From: a virus
Length of the DNA stretch: 64,000 nucleotides
Direction: 5' to 3' (one strand)
IMG/VR virus record: IMGVR_UViG_3300042691_044868
Span: 6,965-70,964 of that record
Both the position numbers and the translations under genes were made by a program. Below are positions 17,476-26,583 of this stretch, in pieces. Every line of letters starts with the position of its first letter. Position 1 is the first letter of the stretch. Below the pieces are notes generated by a model, which was not told where the DNA came from, did no database searches, and saw only the letters and a program-made list of their open reading frames with translations.

Positions 17476-18693
17476 TTATGCCATGTTGGGGATTTCACCC
17501 ATTGCGAACATTTCCATTTGAATCTGGGGTCTGCCAATCGCGGAACCCTGCACCTCGCGGAGTTCCTCGCGCAGAAGGTCGAGAGCTTTGGCCTCATACT
17601 TCGCGGCTTCGTCCAGGTTATTGTTTTCTTCTTTTTCGATGGCGATCGCCATCATTTTCAAAGCACCTAGATTGGTCACGATCAAATCGTCGTCATCGGA
17701 TGTAACGGGAATAAACTTCCGTTTGGCAAGTACAGTCACAGTGGTTCCATCACTGTTTTCATATCCAGGGATTGCATACCGGCGATACATGGGGAGCGTC
17801 TCGTCGGGGGCCAGGATGGCAACGCAAGATTCCGAACCAGTGATGGGATCTACTGCGTAGACACGGACCCAACCCTTCGTTGCAGTTTTGTTTATGGCAC
17901 CGATGGAACGGAAAGCATTGACTGTAATGCGAGGGAGTTCTGTAAGCGTTAATACGTCTGGATTGTCATATCCAACTTGCCACGGGTAAGCAGAATTCGA
18001 GGGTGAGGAAGTCTCTACAGCCCCGTCGGGGTCTAGAAATTGCCAGATAGACCCATCATTCACTATAGTCCAACCGTTTAAATTTTTATAGGCTGGCTTT
18101 GAATTAATAGTTGTGTAGAAAGCGTACACACCATTTGCTTCGACGACAGCAGTCGCAAACCCAGAGACCAACACACTGGAATTTCCCGACCCGGCGCTAA
18201 GATTCAGCCGCTCGCCGTCAATATACTCACCATCCTCCTGCGTGCGGATGCGGTCGTTGTAGGTGTCGGAACCACGGAACAAAATCGTAGATGTCGAGTC
18301 CTCAGTCTGATCGGTATAAACTTTAAGATAACGCTGATCTGGAAGTTCGCGGAACATGGGCACATAGCCCCGATCAAGCAAGCGTTTCCAATCACCAGCC
18401 GGGGCGATTCCTGGGCCGTTGTCCATAAACTCATACCACTCGTTGTAGACTTGTCCGGGAACCTGACCAAAATTGTAGCCCACGATAGATTCAAATTCGC
18501 GAGGGAGCGTGATGCACCCGCCGTAAACACAGACGGAATAACGTCCGTAGGTTCCGGCATAAAGCCCCTTGTTGAGCAAACGCTCCTGGGCCTCATTGGT
18601 GCGGGCCAAAAGCTGAGGGTCAGTCGCGCACATTCCGTTCTGGGTGACGCGGGCCAACTGATCTTTAACCGAACCGTAGGTCCTCCGGATCAT
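17476..18693 (-). CDS. putative head-tail adaptor / tail tubular protein A-like
   Basis: Start reassigned to ATG 18693 (MIRRTYG), which overlaps the upstream TGA (ATGA). Helical N- and C-termini around a beta-rich middle; located in the tail module. Confidence 0.6.
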   Translation of the reverse strand: MIRRTYGSVKDQLARVTQNGMCATDPQLLARTNEAQERLLNKGLYAGTYGRYSVCVYGGCITLPREFESIVGYNFGQVPGQVYNEWYEFMDNGPGIAPAGDWKRLLDRGYVPMFRELPDQRYLKVYTDQTEDSTSTILFRGSDTYNDRIRTQEDGEYIDGERLNLSAGSGNSSVLVSGFATAVVEANGVYAFYTTINSKPAYKNLNGWTIVNDGSIWQFLDPDGAVETSSPSNSAYPWQVGYDNPDVLTLTELPRITVNAFRSIGAINKTATKGWVRVYAVDPITGSESCVAILAPDETLPMYRRYAIPGYENSDGTTVTVLAKRKFIPVTSDDDDLIVTNLGALKMMAIAIEKEENNNLDEAAKYEAKALDLLREELREVQGSAIGRPQIQMEMFAMGEIPNMA

Positions 18694-19115
18694 TCGTAGT
18701 ACCCCACATAAACTTTGTATTGCGTTCCAGCCGGAGCAGTAGGAGTAGTCGGGGTAAGCTTGGTAATCCCATCCACCACATACGTTGTGTTGCCGACCCC
18801 CCACGGGGAGGTGATCGTCGAGCTTGAGGAAGTCAAAACCATGTCCCCAAAAACAAACGGGGTAAACTCTTCCCATTTTCCGGCAACATAAAGCTTGATG
18901 GATTGCGGATCTCCGTTGACGTCGGAGGTGGTTTGAAACCACACTTTGTTGTTGTCTTCGGAAGCCGGAGTTGTGCTGGAAACAATGATTGTGTTGAGGG
19001 AATCGTCGGAAATAACCGTCAGGTAGGATTGGAACAAATCAAGTAGGGCCTGTACATTGGCCGGATATCCAGTATTTGAAGGAAGGGTTCCGGCAGTTAG
19101 GTTATAAACAGCCAT
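18690..19115 (-). CDS. tail-module structural protein, paralog of 19155..19604
   Basis: Shares IVS.T.P...K.WFQT, GDM.L, SPWG and PTAP.G..YKVYVGY with its neighbour. Confidence 0.8.
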   Translation of the reverse strand: MAVYNLTAGTLPSNTGYPANVQALLDLFQSYLTVISDDSLNTIIVSSTTPASEDNNKVWFQTTSDVNGDPQSIKLYVAGKWEEFTPFVFGDMVLTSSSSTITSPWGVGNTTYVVDGITKLTPTTPTAPAGTQYKVYVGYYE

Positions 19116-19124
19116 AGCTTCTTT

Positions 19125-19152
19125 AGATTAACGGCTTAGGATTTTGTGTCAA
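19125..19152 (-). promoter_or_regulatory. sigma70-like promoter TTGACA-N16-TAATCT, 9 nt from ATG 19115
   Basis: Read on the reverse complement within a short intergenic gap. Confidence 0.65.
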
Positions 19153-19154
19153 CA

Positions 19155-19604
19155 TCAGGACTTAGTTGTCCAATACCCAACATAAACCTTGTATTTAAAA
19201 CCCTCCGGGGCTGTGGGTAGCACGCTAGGCACATAATTCGCAATACCGGTGTCTCCAAAAGAATAAGTATAACCGCTTTCACCCCAGGGCGAATTGACGG
19301 CTTTATTGGCCTCAACCAGGATCATATCCCCCTGTTTTAACTGGGCAAACTCTTTCCACTCCCCATTTGAGTAGAGCCTGACAACTTTGGGCAAACCGTA
19401 ACCACCTCCGCCAGAATAGGTTTGAAACCAAGGCTTATCCTGGTTGACTGCGTCCGGGGCTGTCGCGCTAACAATATAAACTTGTTTTTCATCATCGATT
19501 CTGACCGTAATGTACTCGGCTAGGCTGTTTAAGAGAGACTGGGGCGTAGACGGATAACAAGCCGTCGACGGGACAGAAGCTACGGTAATTGGATATTCAG
19601 CCAT
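19155..19604 (-). CDS. tail-module structural protein, paralog of 18690..19115
   Basis: Colinear motif similarity with the adjacent ORF. Confidence 0.8.
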   Translation of the reverse strand: MAEYPITVASVPSTACYPSTPQSLLNSLAEYITVRIDDEKQVYIVSATAPDAVNQDKPWFQTYSGGGGYGLPKVVRLYSNGEWKEFAQLKQGDMILVEANKAVNSPWGESGYTYSFGDTGIANYVPSVLPTAPEGFKYKVYVGYWTTKS

Positions 19605-19607
19605 AAA

Positions 19608-20312
19608 TTAAGGTTGTTTATATGCTAATACATACCAAGTTTTGGTTTGTCCACCCTCACAAACATCGAGGGCCTGCGGGGTATACTCTTTTCCATCGGG
19701 ACCCTGAATGGTTGGCCCGGCTTGGTAAAAAGTCTCGAGGCCACCACCAACACCTAAGGCAAGCTGGCTTTCGTTCAACGACACCCCGCCTGAATCACCA
19801 CCCAAGGTAAGTTCGGTTTCACTCAACGTCCAATTTCTTCCGGCGCTTGTTCCCCTTAACGAAGCGGCTGATGCCCCGTCCCAATAAACTCCTTCATCGG
19901 GACCGACTCCAGCTGGAACTGTCGAGTACCGAATTACTGGCTCTTCTTTATTTGAATTGCATGGAGTACAAGTTATAGTTTGTCTATAACCTGTTATTAA
20001 AACATTTTGCCCAACATTATCCTGATCTGTACAATCCTCGCAAAAATTTCTGCTTATTGTTGGTCCTAAGCCATTGGCAGGAGGCGGAGGACCTGGGTCG
20101 ACAACTTGGTCTGTCGGATCGTCCGGATTACTTCCCGTTGGGGGAGTTGGGTCTGGGGGAATAGCATTAACCGCATCCACAACAGGCCCAAATTGCAGGG
20201 GAGCAACCACGGTATTGAATCCCGGCAAAATCAAAACTTCCACGGTTCCTCCGCCAAATCCGGGCAATCCAGAAGGTAAAGGAACTCCCTCGTACTCAAT
20301 TCGGTCTGCCAT
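19608..20312 (-). CDS. hypothetical structural protein (Pro-rich linker, CxxC pairs)
   Basis: Tight operon packing; CEDC and CTPC motifs. Confidence 0.7.
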   Translation of the reverse strand: MADRIEYEGVPLPSGLPGFGGGTVEVLILPGFNTVVAPLQFGPVVDAVNAIPPDPTPPTGSNPDDPTDQVVDPGPPPPANGLGPTISRNFCEDCTDQDNVGQNVLITGYRQTITCTPCNSNKEEPVIRYSTVPAGVGPDEGVYWDGASAASLRGTSAGRNWTLSETELTLGGDSGGVSLNESQLALGVGGGLETFYQAGPTIQGPDGKEYTPQALDVCEGGQTKTWYVLAYKQP

Positions 20313-20313
20313 A

Positions 20314-22248
20314 TCAACACTCGCCCAAGTCGCTGGCGTCCTTTCTCAAGGCGTGCATGCGGAAAAGTGCCAATCTGGCGTGACCCGTCCATGACATTTT
20401 GGGTTGAAACAAATAGCCAAACCTGGCTTTTCGTCCCACCCCGGTAACACATGAATCGGAAGGTTTTACGGTCCGGATATTGGCGTAGCCCAAAGCAAGC
20501 TCGGGCGGGGAGCAGGTGGATATTGAGGAAGTCTCCGTGTCAAACTCTACGGAACCGGTCTGAACCGGCAAAAAGGTGGGGTAGTAATCGGGAGAAAAAT
20601 CCAGCGACCATGTCACCGCCCCATAAATGTCGGAAAAGCTTATATCGGCCCTGAACAATTCCTTGATTTCAAAAGGAACTCCCAAATCCATGCGTCGAAA
20701 TTCAATAGACGAGGAGATGTCAAGGGAAGTGGTTCCACCAATTCCGTCTGGAACTGTGTCGTAAAAATCATCAGTGGTGACTTCATACAGGGCATTGTTC
20801 CCGTCAGACCCGCACACAAGGGCAAAGCAACGTTTTTCCCCGCCGAAAACCCCCACGGCAAATTTGCAAACCTGTAGTCCTGTCCATTCTCCGTCATAGA
20901 TCGGGGGATAATTTCCCTGATAAACCCCGGGGTTAAAGTCCTGGGTCACGATTTTTGTGAAGACGATGTTATAGGATGTGGGGTCGCCCGCGACCTTCTG
21001 AACTTTGGGCGTACAACCATGGAGCGCCCGGTTGTCAAAATAAGCCGCCGGCGCGTACCGAATCCAACGCTCCGTGTCATACTTGATTACACGATTTGCC
21101 TCAATGCTGTCGGCCAAACTTACCGTTCCGTGTTTGGCTTCCTGGACAGTTTGAATAAGGGAACGCACACCGTCCAGGGACCGGAAAAATATATCGTTAT
21201 TTGTGACAATCATGGCATCCGGACTCTCTGCCCCGCCGCCCAAAAACAACCGGCGCTGCATTCCCTGGGTTGTTTGCCATTGGTTTCTGTCAAAAACGTA
21301 CGATTTAATTGCTCCAATATCGTTTCGGGTAAAAACAACAAGATCCCCCTGGCCAGTGGAGGTATCGGATCCTGGGATAAAAGCTAAACCCGTAATGTCG
21401 TCGCTGAAAGAAAAACTTCCTCCGCCGGTAAGATATTGAGTCTCCGAAAAACGTATCTCCGATCCCGGGTAACTTCCAGCCAAGTCTCCAGCAAACAACT
21501 CATTCCGGCTGGCAACCCACAGACGACCATTTCCAAACGCCATGATGTTTCCGACAGGAATGGACACATCGAGCTGGAGCGGTCCAGGGGGGAAAAATTT
21601 GACCTCTGCCAGGGCGGTCAGGGTGCAGGGAAGGCTCATCGTGATTTCCGTCGAGGAATCAACGGAAACAATGACCGAATTGGCCGGGATTCCGCGAGCG
21701 GCCTGGGCCAACATTCCGGGATATAAACCGGCTGTTGAACTTACATTCATTCTTGGATTATTCGCTCCGAGGGTACAATTAAGTGTGATGACTGAATCTG
21801 TTTCCTCCAGGATGTTTTCCGAACGAAAAGAGCTGGAACCGGTATACACGATCGGGGAACTGACTCCGTCTTGAACAACAAGATAATCATTGGCCGCAAC
21901 CAGGGAAGCACGTTTTGTGACAATGTTATTTGTCTCGTTTGCTGGCGTGATATCAAGAACTGCGGCCGAGGGTTTGGTCGGCTGGAGATTATACAATCTC
22001 CCGTTAATCATACTTATTAACTCCTCGTCGGATCGTGTTTTAAAATAAGATGCGCCCTGGATTACCCCGTTGGGCAACGCTTTTATGAACTTAAAACCGG
22101 GTCGTGTTTTTGGATAACCTCCGCGAACCCGAACATTAATACCCCAGGAGTATTGATTCTCCGGGAGAAGGGCTGGGTCAACGCTGGAGTTTGCTCCTCC
22201 AATAAAGGAGGTTATTCCCTCTACAAGACGATTTGGGTCTTTTATCAT
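20314..22248 (-). CDS. putative tail nozzle / tail tubular protein B-like
   Basis: 644-aa beta-rich ORF with N-terminal F.GG.N...DP.LL....Y....N.....G..KTRPG, typical of podovirus nozzle/stabilisation proteins. Confidence 0.65.
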   Translation of the reverse strand: MIKDPNRLVEGITSFIGGANSSVDPALLPENQYSWGINVRVRGGYPKTRPGFKFIKALPNGVIQGASYFKTRSDEELISMINGRLYNLQPTKPSAAVLDITPANETNNIVTKRASLVAANDYLVVQDGVSSPIVYTGSSSFRSENILEETDSVITLNCTLGANNPRMNVSSTAGLYPGMLAQAARGIPANSVIVSVDSSTEITMSLPCTLTALAEVKFFPPGPLQLDVSIPVGNIMAFGNGRLWVASRNELFAGDLAGSYPGSEIRFSETQYLTGGGSFSFSDDITGLAFIPGSDTSTGQGDLVVFTRNDIGAIKSYVFDRNQWQTTQGMQRRLFLGGGAESPDAMIVTNNDIFFRSLDGVRSLIQTVQEAKHGTVSLADSIEANRVIKYDTERWIRYAPAAYFDNRALHGCTPKVQKVAGDPTSYNIVFTKIVTQDFNPGVYQGNYPPIYDGEWTGLQVCKFAVGVFGGEKRCFALVCGSDGNNALYEVTTDDFYDTVPDGIGGTTSLDISSSIEFRRMDLGVPFEIKELFRADISFSDIYGAVTWSLDFSPDYYPTFLPVQTGSVEFDTETSSISTCSPPELALGYANIRTVKPSDSCVTGVGRKARFGYLFQPKMSWTGHARLALFRMHALRKDASDLGEC

Positions 22249-22253
22249 GCCGG

Positions 22254-24053
22254 TTAATTTCCGGCCATAATTACCCAGTCAGACCCATCGCTCACAAGAG
22301 TTGCCCATTTCCCTGCGGTACCGGTTAAAATGCTGGTACCAGCGCTTCCACCCACCAGGGGCACAACATTGGAGGAAACCGAATTTACGGCCTGATTTTC
22401 CGTCGTCTTAATCATAACCTCCCGGCCAGTCCATGAACTCGCTGCCGGAAGAGTAACGGTTGTGGAACTACCAGGGTTGGCGACAATGACCCAATTTTCC
22501 GTGTCGGCCAAAGAGAAGTTGGCACTTTTGGTAACGGGCGCATTGCGTTGCAAAGCGCCGTCAATGTTTACTGTACCACTAACATCAAGGGGATATCCCG
22601 GAGTGGAATTCCTTATTCCGACAGTTCCGCCGGAAGCGTCTACAAAAAGAGTATTGGTATCAACCGCAAGATTCCCACTAATCGAGGTTGCGCCGGTCAC
22701 GTCCAGGGCCACCAAGGGAGTTGACTTGTTAACGCCCACCCGGTTTGTCGAGGCATCCACAACCAGGACATTGGTGTCAACAACCAAATCCCCACCGGCG
22801 ACAACCAAAGAAGCGTCGGTCACGGGTGTCGTGGTGTTGATTCCAACAAAATTGCCGGAAGCGCTCGCGAACAAAACGTTTGTGTCTACCGTCAAATTTC
22901 CGCCGACAGAGACCGCTCCGGTGGCGTTGACGGCGGTAACATTTGAGGTACCGGTTACGCCCAAAGTCCCGCCAATGGTCGTATCCCCGGTAACATTCGC
23001 GGTTCCGGTAACATCAAGTGAAGCGGTCGGGGTAGCGTCGTTAATTCCTACAGCGTTAGCTGAGGTGTCCACAAAAAGAACATTGGTATCAACAGTTAAA
23101 TTGCCGCTGATCTTGGCTTGCCCTGTGACATCGAGTTCGACCGACGGACTGGCGGTGCGGATGCCAACCCGGTTGGTCGTGGCATTGACAATCAACGGAG
23201 CGGCCCCGCTGGAGCCGTTGACCTGTAGAACTGCCGTGCCGTTTACGGAACCTGGATTGACCAAAATGGTATTGGTCCGCATAGCCCCGGCCACATCGAG
23301 AAGATTGTTGGTGTCGGGGGTTGAAGTTCCAATTCCAATGCTGTCTTCGTTTGCATCAACAAAAAGCAGTCCCCCGCTAAAACTGACACTCTTCACCACA
23401 AAATCACCGGAAGAACTTTGATTATCGTTAACGGTTACCGCTTTGGTAAATAAAGCGTCAGCGCCGGATGCGGCTGTGCCGACTTTTAAAGCTCCGGCAA
23501 CATGAAGTTTGGTGTCGGGGCTTGCGATGCCAATACCCACACGATCAGCGCTGGCGTCGGTTCGAAGAAGATTGGTGTCAGTATCGCCCTCAACGCGAAA
23601 GTCCTTATCGGCTCCGGCTTCGTTGATGACGACAGCTCCGTCGAGCGATGAATCTCCGTTGACGGTAAGGCCCGCAAGCGTTGCCGTCGAAGTCAAAACA
23701 GCGGAGGGTGAGATTTTCCGCCCGGAAGAAACATTGCTTCCAGGGTTGATGGGGCTAGCCGCTCCGGCATCAATCTGGATTAAAGTACAGGTAACCTGTG
23801 TGGTTCCGGACAGAGAGGTAACCGTATAAAATCCGGCCAGAGAAACGTAAATTGTTTGGCCGATTGCCATCCATTGATTTGTCCCGACAACCATTGTAAC
23901 AGAATTACCGACCGACGGTTGAACGTACAAAGTGGTAAGCGTGGTGAACGCATTAACCCCATTAGTTCCGTTGGCGCCGTTTGTACCAGAAAGTCCCTGA
24001 GGGCCTTGGGGTCCGGCTTCTCCAACAACAAGTGTATTACAATCGCAGCTCAT
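22254..24053 (-). CDS. tail fibre with short collagen-like segment and VDTNxLFVD..xVGI repeats
   Basis: GEAGPQGPQGLSGTNGANGTNG; repeated (N/D)LxVDTNxL..DxxxxxVGI units; C-terminal TVTLPAA...GRE..IK...SDGSDW. Confidence 0.8.
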   Translation of the reverse strand: MSCDCNTLVVGEAGPQGPQGLSGTNGANGTNGVNAFTTLTTLYVQPSVGNSVTMVVGTNQWMAIGQTIYVSLAGFYTVTSLSGTTQVTCTLIQIDAGAASPINPGSNVSSGRKISPSAVLTSTATLAGLTVNGDSSLDGAVVINEAGADKDFRVEGDTDTNLLRTDASADRVGIGIASPDTKLHVAGALKVGTAASGADALFTKAVTVNDNQSSSGDFVVKSVSFSGGLLFVDANEDSIGIGTSTPDTNNLLDVAGAMRTNTILVNPGSVNGTAVLQVNGSSGAAPLIVNATTNRVGIRTASPSVELDVTGQAKISGNLTVDTNVLFVDTSANAVGINDATPTASLDVTGTANVTGDTTIGGTLGVTGTSNVTAVNATGAVSVGGNLTVDTNVLFASASGNFVGINTTTPVTDASLVVAGGDLVVDTNVLVVDASTNRVGVNKSTPLVALDVTGATSISGNLAVDTNTLFVDASGGTVGIRNSTPGYPLDVSGTVNIDGALQRNAPVTKSANFSLADTENWVIVANPGSSTTVTLPAASSWTGREVMIKTTENQAVNSVSSNVVPLVGGSAGTSILTGTAGKWATLVSDGSDWVIMAGN

Positions 24054-24064
24054 TTAGTTCTCCT

Positions 24065-24880
24065 TTATGATAAAGCACTCCAAGCGCCAGCGGCTCGAAC
24101 ATAAAGAGTAGTAGAGGCGGTTCCATCTAGACGAAGATAAATGGATCCATTGACAGCACTTGAAGATGGAATGCCTGTTCCGCATAAAATTGATGGGGCA
24201 TTGGCGACACCAAGTCCTCCAGTGCCAGCGGCAGTAGCACTTAAATCAATGCTTCCTCCCGCATAAGTAGACGAGCCTGATAAATTCAATGATCCGCCTT
24301 TGTTAGAAGTGTTAATCGATCCGCCGGCCCCGACATTACTTGCTGCGGTATTGATTGCTCCGCCTGAATAAGTTCCAACTGCGTTTGTAGTTATGCTTCC
24401 ACCTATATAACTTCCACTAATCCCATAAGTATTTATACTGCCTCCGTAAGTAGAAGTATTTACAGCTCCACCATAAGTTGAAGTATTTATACTGCCGCCA
24501 TAACCTGACAAATCAATACTTCCTCCATAACTTCGTAAATCAATGGTTCCACTAAGGACATCGCTGAAACCCAATGGAAGAGATACTTGTGAAATCCAAA
24601 CATAAGATGCTTCAAGAACTTTTGATCCTGCCCCGGAATAAACCCATCTTTTTCCATCAGTGGTCACAACAATACTTCCCTCGTTAATCAAATCCTGTTG
24701 GGCGGTGGTGAGGGCCGTAATATCGCCTGAACTTACAATAACATCGTTAGTATTTTCCAGCGTAGTTACACGAGTATCCAGGCCATCAAGTTCATCTTGA
24801 ATTCCGGCAGGTGGAGGAGTGGTGTTTTCTGGACCGCAATCGCAACTGCGGCCATAGTTGTCGGGATTGGGAAAACTCAT
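24065..24880 (-). CDS. fibre-like protein with GGSIN(T) repeats
   Basis: About 9 GG(S/A)(I/V/L)(N/D/T) units; C-terminal G.PS..A.NGSIYLR.DG....LYV....W. Confidence 0.75.
   Translation of the reverse strand: MSFPNPDNYGRSCDCGPENTTPPPAGIQDELDGLDTRVTTLENTNDVIVSSGDITALTTAQQDLINEGSIVVTTDGKRWVYSGAGSKVLEASYVWISQVSLPLGFSDVLSGTIDLRSYGGSIDLSGYGGSINTSTYGGAVNTSTYGGSINTYGISGSYIGGSITTNAVGTYSGGAINTAASNVGAGGSINTSNKGGSLNLSGSSTYAGGSIDLSATAAGTGGLGVANAPSILCGTGIPSSSAVNGSIYLRLDGTASTTLYVRAAGAWSALS
24427..24540 (-). repeat. degenerate 27-nt tandem repeats encoding GGSINTSTY-like units
   Basis: agtatttatactgcc / agtatttacagctcc / agtatttatactgcc at 27-nt spacing. Confidence 0.7.
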
Positions 24881-24887
24881 CGCAAGT

Positions 24888-24915
24888 AGTATGCCGGTTG
24901 GGTTTTACGAGTCAA
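24888..24915 (-). promoter_or_regulatory. promoter TTGACT-N16-CATACT, 7 nt from ATG 24880 (leaderless geometry)
   Basis: Read directly on the reverse complement. Confidence 0.7.
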
Positions 24916-25328
24916 GCTTTCAGGACTGCCCAGTTGTCCCTCCACTTGGAATTTGGGTCAAGATAAACGGATTTGGTTTTCGGTAACTTTCCGGTAGGAA
25001 TTATGAAAATCGCGTCCTCTATACTGTGGTAAAACACAAGGACATCGCAGTCACTGCGGTTATAAGTCCTCTTAACGCCGTGATTGGCCGAGGGTTTGGG
25101 CCTTACCGTGCCAAAACCAGGACCCTTTACGGCTAGGAACTTAAACTTATTCCTACGGTGATCCTCGCTGCCCGAGGTGCATTTGACCTGGACACGGCTT
25201 AACTTTCCCTTCCAGTCCACAACCAAATCGTAGCCGTCGTCATAAATGGGCAGGCTGACCAAAAACCCGTGTTCCAGGAGTTTGGCCGAAACCTTCTGTA
25301 CGCCTATGGCACCTAGTCGAATACTCAT
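24912..25328 (-). CDS. PD-(D/E)XK endonuclease (group I intron-associated / I-Ssp6803I-like family)
   Basis: G..VS.P..D..YDLVVD......RVQVK, Y...DCD....Y and FIIP motifs; ATG at 25328 overlaps the endolysin stop. Confidence 0.75.
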   Translation of the reverse strand: MSIRLGAIGVQKVSAKLLEHGFLVSLPIYDDGYDLVVDWKGKLSRVQVKCTSGSEDHRRNKFKFLAVKGPGFGTVRPKPSANHGVKRTYNRSDCDVLVFYHSIEDAIFIIPTGKLPKTKSVYLDPNSKWRDNWAVLKA

Positions 25329-25867
25329 AACCACCTCTTGGCAAGCATTGTATCAAGAGGCCGGCGCTTGCGATAGACCCCATCCCCCTCCCGGCTCCCG
25401 TCGTCGTTGGTGTTACCCTCGATGGTCACCACCATCTTGCCCTCTAGCTTTTCCACCAGACCCGTGTGAGCCACGCGGCCAAGGTTTGAAAAATAAATCC
25501 CAAAGGCGTCGGACGGGGCCGGCCTCGTTCCACGGCCCCGGTTCCAGTCTGGAGCTTTAACGAAATCGGGGCTCCAAGCAGAACGCGGGTAGGGGTTTTT
25601 TTCTTTGCCGAGGGCTTCATCACCTACATATACCACCCATGCCGCGCACCAGGGAGCCCTGCTCCCGGCTAGCCCGACCGATGCGAGGATTTTGTCCACC
25701 AGGGGCCCGGCGTTTCGCCCGACCTCTCGCCATCCGATGGTTCCGCGAGCCACGCGAATAACTTCCGCAACTCTTCCTTCTCGCGTAGCTGGGACTCCCT
25801 CAGTAGCTCGGACTCCGGAACCCAACACAAGTAAAGATGCCAAAACCAGCGCATAAATCACCCGCAT
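25325..25867 (-). CDS. CHAP-domain endolysin with N-terminal signal peptide
   Basis: APWCAAWV (Cys), AHTGLV (His), TIEGNT; hydrophobic leader ending VRA. Confidence 0.85.
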   Translation of the reverse strand: MRVIYALVLASLLVLGSGVRATEGVPATREGRVAEVIRVARGTIGWREVGRNAGPLVDKILASVGLAGSRAPWCAAWVVYVGDEALGKEKNPYPRSAWSPDFVKAPDWNRGRGTRPAPSDAFGIYFSNLGRVAHTGLVEKLEGKMVVTIEGNTNDDGSREGDGVYRKRRPLDTMLAKRWL

Positions 25868-26199
25868 AAAATGGCAAAGGCCAGAACCAGGCCAAGGAAT
25901 ACACCGACAAGGATCTTGGCCCGGGCTTCACCGCTGATGTTTGACCAGTCCTCCAAAAGCGTTTGGGAGTCGACATAGTCGTTGAGAAATTTGAACTCAA
26001 TGGCGATGATTCCCCAGGCCAGGGACACGGCGGCGAGCAACTTGACCGCCCCAAAAATGATGACGTGAAGGGCCCCGACGTCGACCACCCCGGCTCCTGG
26101 GTCAATCTTGTGGAGCAGGGGGCCAAGAATAAGGAATAGGCCCACCCCGCAGAGGAGGGCCGTAAGTCCCTGGGCGTTATCCCAAAGCCACCTTTTCAC
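25858..26199 (-). CDS. putative holin (3 transmembrane segments)
   Basis: Three hydrophobic stretches; adjacent to the endolysin. Confidence 0.6.
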   Translation of the reverse strand: MKRWLWDNAQGLTALLCGVGLFLILGPLLHKIDPGAGVVDVGALHVIIFGAVKLLAAVSLAWGIIAIEFKFLNDYVDSQTLLEDWSNISGEARAKILVGVFLGLVLAFAILCG

Positions 26200-26583
26200 T
26201 TAAAGAAGTTTAAGAAAGGGAAAGAAATTACGCAAGGCCAAAAATGCGGGTAAAAGGAGTAGCCCACCGATGGCGATCAAACGCCATTTCCAAAGCAGGC
26301 CCACGGCTTTGCTGTACTTGTGCTCAAGATACTCCAGCCGCTCGGCCATCTCGGAACGTTCCTTGAAGTTCTTGTCCACCTGGGCCTGTAGTTTGAGGAT
26401 TTGACTCTTGGTATTGTCGAGCTCGTCAGCCACGGGCCTGCACTCCGGGATGGAACGGGCAATGGCCTGAGCCTTCAAGACGGATTGCGTCGTTGCTTCG
26501 AGTGTTAGGGAGCCAGAGGACGTGGTTTTAGTGCTGGCACACCCAGCCAAAACAACCAACAAAAAGCACGAAAAAGATTTCAC
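26200..26583 (-). CDS. putative unimolecular spanin (lipoprotein with C-terminal TM helix)
   Basis: GTG at 26583, lipobox LAGC, coiled-coil middle, C-terminal hydrophobic segment; sits in the lysis cassette. Confidence 0.6.
   Translation of the reverse strand: MKSFSCFLLVVLAGCASTKTTSSGSLTLEATTQSVLKAQAIARSIPECRPVADELDNTKSQILKLQAQVDKNFKERSEMAERLEYLEHKYSKAVGLLWKWRLIAIGGLLLLPAFLALRNFFPFLKLL

Noticed and set aside
18694-18942. N-terminal extension of ORF 17476..18942
   Set aside because: Overlaps the real gene 18690..19115; ATGA coupling supports the start at 18693.
22462-23421. 319-aa antisense ORF over the tail fibre
   Set aside because: Shadow of Val/Thr/Gly-rich repetitive codons.
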